Shown here: positions 1-8,648 of the stretch, piece after piece
Layout: every line of letters starts with the position of its first letter
Numbering within the stretch: the stretch's first letter is position 1
The notes under the pieces: generated by a model
The model's input: the letters and a program-made list of their open reading frames with translations, nothing else
What the model was told of the DNA's origin: nothing
Databases searched by the model: none
Program-made: the position numbers and the translations under genes
Origin: Dehalococcoidia bacterium
GTDB taxonomy: Bacteria > Chloroflexota > Dehalococcoidia > SZUA-161
NCBI GenBank assembly: GCA_036446335.1
Contig: JAZFSU010000127.1
Span: 1 to 39,413 of the forward strand
Length of the DNA stretch: 39,413 bases
Direction: 5' to 3'

Positions 1-1092
1 GCCATCCGGCGATACAGTGTACACAGCGTCCAGCGCGTTTTCGACGACGCCTCGGTACCGTTCTTCACTGCTCTGCAGTTCCTCCTCCATGCGCTTGCGC
101 TCGGTGATATCGCGATACATCACCATCGCAGCGGGTATCCCCTGCCAGACAGTCCTTGTCGCCGACACCTCAATGGGCACGCTCTGCCCGTCCTTTCGCA
201 GTATGACGGTCTCGTACTGGCTGGGGACAGGATCGCCATCGAGCCGCCTCATATACCTTTCCGTCAGCGTCACCAGCTCGTCGGGGTGCGCCAGATCTCG
301 GAAGGTGTTATTGAGGAGCTCAGTGACGCTGTACCCGGTTATCGCAGCAGCCTGCGGATTTGCGTAGACATGCCTGCCCCCGTCCGCAATTACCGTGATA
401 CCGTCATGGGAGTTCTCAGCCAGTGCCCTGAAGTTCTCTTCGCTCTCCCTGAGCGCTTCCTCGCCCAGCTTCTGCTCCAGCGCATTGCCGATGACCTCCG
501 AGACGACCCGAAGAAGCATCAGATGGGCATCTTTCCACTCCCCGGCTTCCACGACGTTGTCAAGCGCCACGAATCCTGCAAGGTTCTTCGCCACGTGCAG
601 CGGCAGCGCCAGCAGCGACTTGATGTCCTGCCTCTCCAGTATTCTACGCTCGGCCTCCGCCGCCTTGGGCAACCTGGAAACATCCTTAATGTGGATGGCT
701 TCCCTCGCACGAAGTTTCTTCATCCACCATGGGAACCTGTCACACGGCAGATTCTGCAGATTATGAAGCTCCGGAGTCACGCCCTCTGCGCACCACTCGT
801 GGGTGTTATCCATGACCGCTCCATCTTCTCGCAAGAGGAACAGATGTGAGCGGCTGGCTCCACTCAGCTTCCCTATGTCCGCGAGCAAGGCGTCCATGGC
901 ATCGTCGAGGTCTGAAACACCAATGAATCGCGAAGAAATCGCAGAGATCGTCTTCTCAAATTCGAGCCGCTCCCCCACAGTCCAGTCGGCATGCCTTGTC
1001 TCGGCCTGTGCTGCCTCCAACTCGTCAACTCGACGACGCATTGCGGTCAGCTCGTCAACGAGCTGACTTCTCGTCTTGTCCTCGACTTTCAT
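1..1092 (-). CDS. GAF/PAS-domain sensory protein, N-terminal 364 codons (3' end runs off the left edge)
   Basis: Not in the supplied ORF track because there is no stop inside the window. The reverse complement is open from ATG at 1092 (RBS GGAGGTGCACG-ATG) to position 1. It reads MKVEDKTRSQLVDELTAMRRRVDELEAAQ (coiled coil). A GAF-like part follows (LSGASRSHLFLLREDGAVMDNTHEWCAEG...SLLALPLHVAKNLAGFVALDNV). Then a PAS-like part (SEENFRALAENSHDGITVIADGGRHVYANPQAAAITGYS...MVMYRDITERKRMEEEL) and the start of a second PAS (YRGVVENALDAVYTVSPDG). Confidence 0.8.
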   Translation of the reverse strand, partial: MKVEDKTRSQLVDELTAMRRRVDELEAAQAETRHADWTVGERLEFEKTISAISSRFIGVSDLDDAMDALLADIGKLSGASRSHLFLLREDGAVMDNTHEWCAEGVTPELHNLQNLPCDRFPWWMKKLRAREAIHIKDVSRLPKAAEAERRILERQDIKSLLALPLHVAKNLAGFVALDNVVEAGEWKDAHLMLLRVVSEVIGNALEQKLGEEALRESEENFRALAENSHDGITVIADGGRHVYANPQAAAITGYSVTELLNNTFRDLAHPDELVTLTERYMRRLDGDPVPSQYETVILRKDGQSVPIEVSATRTVWQGIPAAMVMYRDITERKRMEEELQSSEERYRGVVENALDAVYTVSPDG

Positions 1093-1175
1093 CGTGCACC
1101 TCCCTGAATGCGCAGCTCAACGTGGGAGCTCAAGGGTCAGAACGAGAGCACGCCAATCCCGCTGGGGTGAGCAGA

Positions 1176-1204
1176 ATGCTACCACCAGGGACTGCGTTTG
1201 TCAA
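1176..1204 (-). promoter_or_regulatory. putative sigma70-type promoter of the sensor gene
   Basis: Minus strand TTGACA (1204-1199), 17 nt spacer, TAGCAT (1181-1176), preceded by GTGg (extended -10). About 70 nt upstream of ATG 1092. Confidence 0.4.
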
Positions 1205-1420
1205 CATAATGTGGAGACAGGGGATTCAGGCGTGCATCACGGCAATGGTGTTTGGTTCCGGTCTGCTGCCCAGCCATCCCACCCACCGGTTCGCTCGGGC
1301 AAGAGGGCTGTGTGTGCAAGCTTCGCGGGGCCTGAGGATTGACCTCGGGTCAATACCGAGGCGTGCCGACCCTCGCCGGCATCGCCGCAGGCGCGGCTTC
1401 ACCGGCAGGACCCGAGCCCG

Positions 1421-2074
1421 CTACCCGTTCAGCTTGCCTTCGAATGCGTCCAGCCTGCGCTCCAGTTCCTTCTGTCTAAGCGAGACGGTGAGGTCGCCTC
1501 TGGTACGTTCCAGAACGCCTCGCACCATATCCGTGGACCGCCTCAGGCCGCCCGTCAAGGCATCATGAAAGTCGATCGTTACGAGAAGGCTGTAGATATC
1601 GTCCATAGCCTCGAGTATCTCCTCACAGCGATCGATGTGTCCCAGCCTTAGTGTATCGAGCAAGTGTCGCCTGAGTTCGCCTCCAGCTTCGGCGAGACCG
1701 TTAAGATAGGCCGCGTAGCTAACGCCAAGGCCGTCAGGGTCGGGCAAGGCCTCCCCGAAGACCAACGCGAAAGTGATGGAGGCTTCCGCGTACTCCTTCT
1801 GGCCATTGTGGACAAAACCTCCGTGGAGGAGCTCGGGGTGGTCGGCAAGGGCGCTGCTCATCTCCTCGATGCAGCTCTGCGACGACTTGACAAGCTCCCG
1901 GGCCTCTTCGTATTCCTTACGATGCACGGCCCGGATGGCATTGGCACTAAAGCGGATGGAGTCCCGCGAGAGCTTCAGCCCCTTTTCACGGGCGCTGTCA
2001 GCTGCAGCAAAGTGGGAACAAACCCTATCCCCAATTGAGTCAAGAATCGAAGTAGGCCTGCTCATATGTCTCAT
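1421..2074 (-). CDS. translin-family protein (COG2178-like)
   Basis: 217-aa ORF. The helical protein carries the translin-type motif YLNGLAEAGGELRRHLLDTL (compare YLxGLxDxxGELxR). Its ATG overlaps the thiE stop in ATGA (2071-2074). Confidence 0.75.
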   Translation of the reverse strand: MRHMSRPTSILDSIGDRVCSHFAAADSAREKGLKLSRDSIRFSANAIRAVHRKEYEEARELVKSSQSCIEEMSSALADHPELLHGGFVHNGQKEYAEASITFALVFGEALPDPDGLGVSYAAYLNGLAEAGGELRRHLLDTLRLGHIDRCEEILEAMDDIYSLLVTIDFHDALTGGLRRSTDMVRGVLERTRGDLTVSLRQKELERRLDAFEGKLNG

Positions 2075-3108
2075 CCTTCCCTTATTATGGCTGCCAGCCT
2101 CTGGCTCGCCTCCCTGACGTCCTCGGCACCGAGCACAGCGCTGATCACCGCGACCGCGTTGGCTCCGGCACTGACCACCTCAGCGACATTATCTTCGTTT
2201 ATCCCGCCGATCGCAACAACAGGCACCGATACCTCCGCTCTCACCCGGCGCAGCGTTTCGATCCCGGCCACCCTTGTCCCCGGCTTGGAGGGCGTGTCGT
2301 AGATCGCTCCCACAGCAATATAGTCAGCACCTTGCTTCTGGGCTTCGAGTGCCTCAGCCAGGGTAGCCGTCGAGCAGCCGACGATTCTGTCAGGAGGCAT
2401 CAGCTTCCTGGCGATATCTACAGGCAGGTCGTCCTGCCCCACATGGAGGCCGTCAGCATCAGAGCCCAGGGCGACGTCCAGGTCGTCGTTCGCTATGAAC
2501 AGCGCGTCGCCATCCACACACACCTGTCTCAGTTCTTGAGCTACGGCCAGAACAGTGCTCTTCGGCCTGGTCTTGTCACGGAGTTGGACCACCCTGGCCC
2601 CGCCTTCAATCGCCTGCTCGGCCACTTCGATCTCGCTCCGTCCCCCAAGCGCCTGAGGATCGATGACCAGATATAGCCCGGCCATCTTTGCCATCCTGTC
2701 GCCTCGAAGCAACCTGAGGACGATTCTTTGTTCGAGCTCGTAGAGGCTGAATCGGGCTTGCTTCAGGCTCTCCCAGTCGAGGCCAAGGGCCTGATCCGGC
2801 ATCTTGGCCATCTCTTCGAGAACACGCAAGGACTGCTGGACCCGGCGGGAGTTGGCGCTGACGAGGCTACCGGCATCGGCGCGCGCCCCTTTACAGTCCT
2901 CATCCGCAAATGCGCCCACATCATCGCCCGCCCGGCGGGCGCCAAGAAGCTTTTCCCTGAACAGTGGAGCCTTGGGTAGCAGGTCGTGACGCAGAGATTT
3001 CAGCTGCTGGCTGAGCTCAACGTCGTTCAAAACGAAGCGGCTTATGTCTTCGAGGACGCGCAACCCTTCGCCGATCCGGTTAAGATTGGCGTCCAGAATG
3101 CGCAGCAT
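2071..3108 (-). CDS. thiE: thiamine-phosphate synthase with an N-terminal extension of about 135 aa
   Basis: The C-terminal 210 aa are typical ThiE/TMP-TENI (LYLVIDP...VVQLRDK...FIANDDLDVALGSDADGLHVGQDD...GCSTATLAEA...ADYIAVGAIYDTPSK...VVAIGGI). The N-terminal part (MLRILDANLNRIGEGLRVLEDISRFVL...) is a separate helical domain. Confidence 0.9.
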   Translation of the reverse strand: MLRILDANLNRIGEGLRVLEDISRFVLNDVELSQQLKSLRHDLLPKAPLFREKLLGARRAGDDVGAFADEDCKGARADAGSLVSANSRRVQQSLRVLEEMAKMPDQALGLDWESLKQARFSLYELEQRIVLRLLRGDRMAKMAGLYLVIDPQALGGRSEIEVAEQAIEGGARVVQLRDKTRPKSTVLAVAQELRQVCVDGDALFIANDDLDVALGSDADGLHVGQDDLPVDIARKLMPPDRIVGCSTATLAEALEAQKQGADYIAVGAIYDTPSKPGTRVAGIETLRRVRAEVSVPVVAIGGINEDNVAEVVSAGANAVAVISAVLGAEDVREASQRLAAIIREG

Positions 3109-3120
3109 GTTGAGGAAACT

Positions 3121-3495
3121 CTAGAGTTGATCCTTGAGCGCCTTGGGAAGTTCCCCGTCTCTGGCTGCTTCGATTGTCTGCTTGACCCCCGCGAAGGTGT
3201 CTCGGTATTCCTCGCTATCCATGTCCACACCAAGTTCCTTCAGCCTTTGCTCAGTGTGTCGTCCAATGTTGCGCGGGTCCTTGTAGTAGCTGGGATCCGT
3301 GGGGAACATGGTGGGATCGCCGGATTGCTCATGGATTGTCTGCACCGACCTGTGGTAGGCGAAGCTCGATATGCAGCGCTCAAGGTCATTGCTGCCACAG
3401 GCGGGACACGCAGGACTCAGAGGATCTGAAACCGTCCTCACGAAGAAGCTTGCTGTCTGCTGGCACTTGCTGCAACGGAACTCATAGATCGGCAT
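3121..3495 (-). CDS. FmdB-family zinc-ribbon protein (CxxC...CxxC)
   Basis: MPIYEFRCSKCQ...CPACGS signature at the N-terminus. RBS GGTGGAG upstream. Confidence 0.8.
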   Translation of the reverse strand: MPIYEFRCSKCQQTASFFVRTVSDPLSPACPACGSNDLERCISSFAYHRSVQTIHEQSGDPTMFPTDPSYYKDPRNIGRHTEQRLKELGVDMDSEEYRDTFAGVKQTIEAARDGELPKALKDQL

Positions 3496-3501
3496 AACAA
3501 G

Positions 3502-3891
3502 TCACTCCACCCCTGCATCGCCTCTCAGCTCTGGGGGCTTCATCTCTTCCACTATTTCGGAGACGTCCACACCCGCGTCCATCCTGTCAAGCAACTCTTC
3601 GGTTTCAGGGGTAGAATCCTCGTCTGCGGCACGACTCATCTTACGACTCCACTCGGCTAGGGCGCGGGGATCATTGTGCATGAGACCTCGAGTCAGCTTG
3701 GTATCCGAGAGGATGTCATCATAAACGCTCTTGTCAGATTTCGACCTGCGGACGGCGAACCTGGAGAAAATGCGGCTGAGATCCTGGCTGCCGCAACGAG
3801 AACAAACAGGGCTCGACGGCACCGAAATAGCCTGTACGAATACGTCCACCTTGCCGCTACAGCTATTGCAGCGATACTCATAAATCGGCAT
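3502..3891 (-). CDS. FmdB-family zinc-ribbon protein, tandem paralogue
   Basis: MPIYEYRCNSCS...CSRCGS. I place the start at the internal ATG 3891 (RBS GAGGTG, 7 nt upstream) rather than the ORF-track start at 3906. Confidence 0.8.
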   Translation of the reverse strand: MPIYEYRCNSCSGKVDVFVQAISVPSSPVCSRCGSQDLSRIFSRFAVRRSKSDKSVYDDILSDTKLTRGLMHNDPRALAEWSRKMSRAADEDSTPETEELLDRMDAGVDVSEIVEEMKPPELRGDAGVE

Positions 3892-4014
3892 CCCCGGACA
3901 CCTCACACACGTCTTTTATGCCCTGTCCCTAGCTGTAATTCTAGCACAACGAGCCTACCGAGTAAACTGACGTGGGCCAGCAGCCCTCATGCTATAATGT
4001 AGCCGGAACAGGCC

Positions 4015-4872
4015 ATGGAGGAAGGTGTGGACAGCGGACCCGTTGTTACACTGGGTGCCACTCGTTGCGGAGACGCCGTGTTTGAGTGGGGTCGGAGAAC
4101 TTACATCATGGGCGTTATCAATGTTGCCCCTGATTCCTTCTCCGGTGACGGGCTCCGCGACGTAAGCGAGGCGGTTGCCCAGGGCCAGCGATTTGTCGCT
4201 GAGGGCGCTGATCTCGTCGACGTCGGCGGGGAGTCCACTCGCCCCGGCTCCAGTCCGGTCTCTGTAGCGGAGGAGTTGAGACGGGTTGTGCCGGTCGTCG
4301 AGGCCCTGGCAAGAGGCCTGCCGGTACCAGTGAGCATCGATACGTATCGGAGCGAGGTAGCGCGGCAGGCAGTGGCAGCTGGGGCGCGTATGATTAATGA
4401 CGTCTGGGGCCTCAAGCACGATCCGCAGCTGGCGACGATAGCGGCCAACGAAGGCGTACCACTGGTCCTCACCCAGAACCAAAGAGATGCAGCTTTTCAC
4501 TCCTTCTTCCCTGAGTTGGTCGAGAGCCTCAGGCACAGCGTGCAGGTGGCGCTGGACTCAGGATTGGACTGGCACAACATCATCATCGACCCGGGAGTCG
4601 GATTCGGCAAGACGATGGAGCAGAACGTCGAGATCATTCGCCGCTTGTCGGAGCTGAAGGCTCTGGGCCATCCGATCCTCCTAGGCACGTCTCGGAAATC
4701 ATTCATCGGCCACTTGCTCGACGTGCCGGTTGACCAGCGCCTGGAGGGAACGGCAGCCACGGTGGCCATAGGCATCGCCAATGGGGCCGACATCGTGAGA
4801 GTGCACGATGTCGGGCAGATGGTTCGAGTTGCCAGGATGAGCGATGCCATCGTTCGCGGCTCTCTCCCATGA
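4015..4872 (+). CDS. folP: dihydropteroate synthase
   Basis: GVINVAPDSFSGDG, DVGGESTRPG, GVGFGKT and LLGTSRKSFIG motifs. Confidence 0.95.
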   Translation: MEEGVDSGPVVTLGATRCGDAVFEWGRRTYIMGVINVAPDSFSGDGLRDVSEAVAQGQRFVAEGADLVDVGGESTRPGSSPVSVAEELRRVVPVVEALARGLPVPVSIDTYRSEVARQAVAAGARMINDVWGLKHDPQLATIAANEGVPLVLTQNQRDAAFHSFFPELVESLRHSVQVALDSGLDWHNIIIDPGVGFGKTMEQNVEIIRRLSELKALGHPILLGTSRKSFIGHLLDVPVDQRLEGTAATVAIGIANGADIVRVHDVGQMVRVARMSDAIVRGSLP

Positions 4873-4884
4873 TCGAGGATTGCC

Positions 4885-5418
4885 TTGACAGATGCTGAGT
4901 TGCATCGCGAGCCGATCACTGCTTACCTTGGCTTGGGATCGAATCTGGGAGATCGCCAGGCCAACTTGGAGTCCGCCCTCGAACAGCTGTCAGAGAAGGT
5001 ATCCATCGTGAGTATCTCCTCGGTCTACGAGACTGATCCTGTCGGCTACGAGGAGCAACCGCGTTTTCTCAATGCGGTGCTGTCAGCCGAGACGGAGCTT
5101 CCGCCAGTCGAGCTTCTTCGATTCATCAAAGACGTCGAATGTGAGCTGGGACGAGAATACAGCTTCCCCAATGCCCCACGCGTGATCGACATCGACATCC
5201 TTCTCTATGGAGATCGCGTCATCGACTCCCCGGAGCTCACCGTGCCTCATCCCCGCCTGTCTGAGCGCGCTTTCGTGCTCGTTCCCCTCGTCGAGATCTC
5301 CCCCGGGACGAGGCACCCGCTGAACGGCAAGACATCAGCCGACATGCTCGCAAAGGTAGGTGGACTTGAAGGAGTCAGACTTGCCGGAGCACTGCGCGTG
5401 GGCCAGGAAGGCCATTAG
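4885..5418 (+). CDS. folK: 2-amino-4-hydroxy-6-hydroxymethyldihydropteridine diphosphokinase
   Basis: AYLGLGSNLGDR...SSVYETDPVG...QPRFLNAV...GPRxIDIDILLY...HPR...RAFVLVPL. TTG start with RBS GAGGA 5 nt upstream. Confidence 0.9.
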   Translation: MTDAELHREPITAYLGLGSNLGDRQANLESALEQLSEKVSIVSISSVYETDPVGYEEQPRFLNAVLSAETELPPVELLRFIKDVECELGREYSFPNAPRVIDIDILLYGDRVIDSPELTVPHPRLSERAFVLVPLVEISPGTRHPLNGKTSADMLAKVGGLEGVRLAGALRVGQEGH

Positions 5419-5429
5419 ATGGAGGTAAC

Positions 5430-5792
5430 ATGTACGAGGTATCGGTAAGGCGACACTTTGACGCCGCGCACTTTCTGAGGGGATACGGCGGAAGATGCGA
5501 GGGCCTGCATGGACATCGCTTCGAAGTAGTAATAAGCGTGCAGAGTGAGGCGCTCAACGACATCGGAATAGCCTGCGACTTCGCGGAATTGAAGAAGCGT
5601 CTGGATGAGATACTGGCGCGCTTTGACCACGTCTGTTTGAACGAGGCAGCGCCTTTCGATACGATAAACCCTTCCTCCGAGAACCTGGCCACGACTATCC
5701 ACGGAGAACTCGTGGGAAAGCTGAACGGAGTCGCCATTTCAAGGGTTGAGGTTTGGGAGTCTCCGGACTCGCGGGTCGCCTACGTACCGTAG
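5430..5792 (+). CDS. 6-pyruvoyltetrahydropterin / 6-carboxytetrahydropterin synthase family protein (COG0720)
   Basis: 120 aa. FDAAHFL...RCEGLHGHRFEV...DFAELK motifs. RBS GGAGG upstream. Directly follows folP-folK. Confidence 0.85.
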   Translation: MYEVSVRRHFDAAHFLRGYGGRCEGLHGHRFEVVISVQSEALNDIGIACDFAELKKRLDEILARFDHVCLNEAAPFDTINPSSENLATTIHGELVGKLNGVAISRVEVWESPDSRVAYVP

Positions 5793-5796
5793 CAGT

Positions 5797-5811
5797 GCGC
5801 AGCGCCTGCGC
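5797..5811. terminator. short GC hairpin between convergent genes (possible bidirectional terminator)
   Basis: GCGCAG-cgc-CTGCGC between the PTPS stop (5792) and the stop of the minus-strand membrane gene (5836). There is no clear U-tract. Confidence 0.3.
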
Positions 5812-5835
5812 CCTCCGGATAGACTGAGAGTGGGC

Positions 5836-6069
5836 CTATTCGTCGGAGGGGTCTCCCGGGTTTCCTTCGACCCTGGTGGATGCCATCAGTCGGCCAATCG
5901 AGAAACCGATTCCCAAAGCAGCCGCGAAGCCAACGATCACAGGGATGGCGATCGCCCAGAAACGCCAGGGATCACCGGCCACTATCCCCCAAACGAAGAG
6001 ACCTGCGAAAATAACGCAGATCAGTGAGATCAGAGTACCACCTACCCGGAACTTGGTCGTAATTGACAT
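5836..6069 (-). CDS. small two-TM membrane protein, function unknown
   Basis: 77 aa with two hydrophobic helices (LISLICVIFAGLFVWGIV and WAIAIPVIVGFAAALGIGFSIG). No recognisable family. Confidence 0.55.
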   Translation of the reverse strand: MSITTKFRVGGTLISLICVIFAGLFVWGIVAGDPWRFWAIAIPVIVGFAAALGIGFSIGRLMASTRVEGNPGDPSDE

Positions 6070-6139
6070 CGCAGGTTCATACCTCCCTTGGTTCTGGCTC
6101 TGGGACCGACACAGGGGCGAGGAGAGCCATTGCGGAAGC

Positions 6140-6328
6140 CTAGTCCTGGCCTCGCAGGTCCGGAGGCAATAGGTTGGGGATCGTGTCTACAATCGGATAG
6201 CGTTCGGGGCACGCATCACATACTAGAGTTCCGGTAACCACCTCGGTTTCATCCTCTTCCGTCACCTCAAGCCGAAGGTCACCCTTGCACATCGGGCAAG
6301 CCAAGATGTCCATCAGTTCCCTTTTCAT
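6140..6328 (-). CDS. Trm112-family (UPF0434) zinc-ribbon-like protein
   Basis: MKRELMDILACPMCKGDL...LVCDACPERYPIVDTIPNLL. Start moved to ATG 6328 (RBS GGGGAGAGAG). Confidence 0.75.
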   Translation of the reverse strand: MKRELMDILACPMCKGDLRLEVTEEDETEVVTGTLVCDACPERYPIVDTIPNLLPPDLRGQD

Positions 6329-6448
6329 TACGGTCTCTCTCCCCACTGTTCGCTGATTGCGCATCATTGTAGTTTACGTTGGGCTGATTGTCAATTGCAC
6401 TGCAGACCCCCAAAGGTCCGCCTCAGTTCGCCGGCTCCACAGCGATAC

Positions 6449-7021
6449 CTACTGGGCCGCGGCCTCCAGGACAAGGTGATGATTCGGAGCCGACCCCAAG
6501 TCGCCAATCGGCCAGAAGACGAGCCACGCCTTGCCAATCACGTCGTCTCGGGGTACGAAGCCCCACATGCGAGAATCGTAACTGAATCGCCGGTTGTCCC
6601 CCATCACGAAGTACTCGCCCGAGGGCACGGTCCACTTTCCCGTGGCGCCACCGACGTGGGTCACATACGGTTCGTCCAGGAGGTATCCCTCTCCCGTATC
6701 GGTATCCCCATCCGGCCAAACGTAGACGGAGCCGTCCTTCTTCACCTCGATGCCCTCGCCGGGCAAGCCTATCACTCTCTTGATCCGATCAAGTGAGGAA
6801 TCGTTCTCGGGTGCATTAAGCACTATGATGTCGCCTCTCTGCAGCCCCCGGCCAAACCAGTAGGCTGTCTTGTTCACCAAAACGTACTGACCATTCTCCA
6901 TGTTGTCCTTCATGCTCGTGCCGCTGATCTTGAAGGTCTGCACCATGGAATGGAGTATGAAGAAGAGGATCAAAGCCAGAACAACAATCTGCAGAATCTC
7001 GCGGACGACATGTTTCATCAT
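6449..7021 (-). CDS. lepB: signal peptidase I
   Basis: SGTSM catalytic Ser box, RIKRVIGLPGE Lys box and GDNRRFSYDSR box. Start placed at ATG-ATG 7021 (MMKHVVREILQIVVLALILFF, TM anchor). The ORF-track TTG at 7087 adds an implausible 22 aa. Confidence 0.9.
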   Translation of the reverse strand: MMKHVVREILQIVVLALILFFILHSMVQTFKISGTSMKDNMENGQYVLVNKTAYWFGRGLQRGDIIVLNAPENDSSLDRIKRVIGLPGEGIEVKKDGSVYVWPDGDTDTGEGYLLDEPYVTHVGGATGKWTVPSGEYFVMGDNRRFSYDSRMWGFVPRDDVIGKAWLVFWPIGDLGSAPNHHLVLEAAAQ

Positions 7022-7159
7022 TTGGACAGCCCGGTTACAAAGCATAAACCAAACATGGTAGAATGGCCGAAGCTTGACCCAAGGCAAGTGTAGTATAAGG
7101 AATGAGCAATGTGACAGTCAAGCAGAGGTGGTTGCTTGCCGCCACATGAGTGATCCGCG

Positions 7160-7738
7160 ATGGAAGAACAGGACCTGATCTCGAGGAGCAAGGAAGGCGA
7201 TGTGCAGGCCTTCAACGAGTTGGTTGAGCGATATGAGCGGCTGGTCTACAACGTTGTCCTGCGGATGATGGGCGACAGCGCGGCAGCTGAGGACGTTACA
7301 CAAGATACATTCGTCTCCGCATACAAGGCGATCGGCAAATTCAGGGGTGGCAATTTCAAGTCCTGGCTTCTGCGCATTGCCACCAACAACTGCCGTGATC
7401 GATTCAGGAGCGCTCAGCGTTCTCGTGCAATGTCCCTGGACGCACTGATGCTGCAGTCGGAACCGCCCTCGCTGGCCGACGACTCGGAGTCTCCCGAGGA
7501 CCACGCCTTGCGCCGAGAGCTGGGCCAAGCCCTGAATGAGGGCCTGAGAAGCCTTCCTCCGGACCAGCGCCTGATCGTCGTCCTATGCGACATCCAGGAA
7601 TTGAGCTATGAAGAGGCCTCGGAAGCCGCAGGCTGTTCACTGGGGACCGTGAAGTCTCGATTGAACAGGGGACGTACTCGTCTGAGGGACTTCATGCTAA
7701 CCCGAAGGGAACTTTTGCCTGCTGAATTCCGTCTGTAA
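7160..7738 (+). CDS. ECF-type RNA polymerase sigma factor (sigma-70 family, group 4)
   Basis: Region 2 (FNELVERYERLVYNVVLRMMGD...AEDVTQDTFVSAYK) and region 4 (LPPDQRLIVVLCDIQELSYEEASEAAGCSLGTVKSRLNRGR). Confidence 0.9.
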   Translation: MEEQDLISRSKEGDVQAFNELVERYERLVYNVVLRMMGDSAAAEDVTQDTFVSAYKAIGKFRGGNFKSWLLRIATNNCRDRFRSAQRSRAMSLDALMLQSEPPSLADDSESPEDHALRRELGQALNEGLRSLPPDQRLIVVLCDIQELSYEEASEAAGCSLGTVKSRLNRGRTRLRDFMLTRRELLPAEFRL

Positions 7739-8454
7739 TGAATAGAAGGGGCTCAGGTGTCATGCTGCTGGATAGAGCGAAATCACGATGTCGTAAGGTG
7801 AAGGGAATGCTGTCCGAGTATATCGATGGCGCCCTTCGTCGCGAGGACCGGGTGGTTGTCGAGCGGCATCTCGAAACCTGCTCGGAATGCTCGAAAGAGC
7901 TCGAATCGTTGCGGCTCACCGTGCGCATGTTGAAGCGAGTGCCGGTGGCGGTGGTCCCACGATCATTCGCGATCTCCGGTGCGGAGGATAGAAAGACAAG
8001 CCCAGCTGGCCCTCCGAACCTGGGATGGCTGCGCCCTGCGACTGCAATGGTGACGATCGCCTTCGTAGCACTGCTCGTCGTGGACTTCCTGCCAACCTCC
8101 TCCGAAGAGGGCAGCATTGAGAGCAGGGAGTTAGCGAGTCAGCAGTCCACCCCGATCATGACCGCGCCGGGCCCCGGCCAGGAGTTCGATGCCGCAAGAG
8201 AGGGAGCTGCGGGCATGGAAACTACGTCGGCGCCTCCGCCGATGCCCGCGGACAAGGTGCTGACGGGAGAAGCCGTTCTTGAGGATTCCGAACTCCCAGG
8301 CGCTCCAGGAGAGGCCGGGCCGGTAGGGGAGGCTGAGCGAGGTTGGCCTCTTCGACAGATCGAGATAGCGGTGGGTGTGCTGACACTTGCCCTGATCGGA
8401 GCCCTCCTAGTCACCATAAGGCAACGTCGGAAGTGGAGAGGAACCTTGGGGTGA
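7738..8454 (+). CDS. anti-sigma factor (zf-HC2) with membrane segments
   Basis: The start overlaps the sigma stop (TAATG). H-x3-C-x2-C motif in ERHLETCSECSKEL. TM segments ATAMVTIAFVALLVVDFL and IAVGVLTLALIGALLV. Confidence 0.8.
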   Translation: MNRRGSGVMLLDRAKSRCRKVKGMLSEYIDGALRREDRVVVERHLETCSECSKELESLRLTVRMLKRVPVAVVPRSFAISGAEDRKTSPAGPPNLGWLRPATAMVTIAFVALLVVDFLPTSSEEGSIESRELASQQSTPIMTAPGPGQEFDAAREGAAGMETTSAPPPMPADKVLTGEAVLEDSELPGAPGEAGPVGEAERGWPLRQIEIAVGVLTLALIGALLVTIRQRRKWRGTLG

Positions 8455-8648
8455 GACGGGTTCTGCTGCCGGTCCTCAGCACGGCGCTGACCGGCTCCCT
8501 GTTGACAGCAGTTGTCTGCACTCGGACGATGACGCGAGAGCTGATCAGCCACCGGCCGTTTGCATTGCCCAACTGAACGATAGCGCGTGAGATGCAGCAA
8601 CGATGGCCGGCCTGTACTGAGTCGGCCCAAGAAGAAGGAGGTTCAGAG

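Noticed and set aside
7074-7099. TTGACC ... TATAAG promoter-like pair upstream of the ECF sigma gene.
   Set aside because: The spacer is only 14 nt (11 nt to the alternative TAGTAT), which is incompatible with a sigma70-type promoter. The ECF operon is probably autoregulated from a different motif that I could not identify with confidence.
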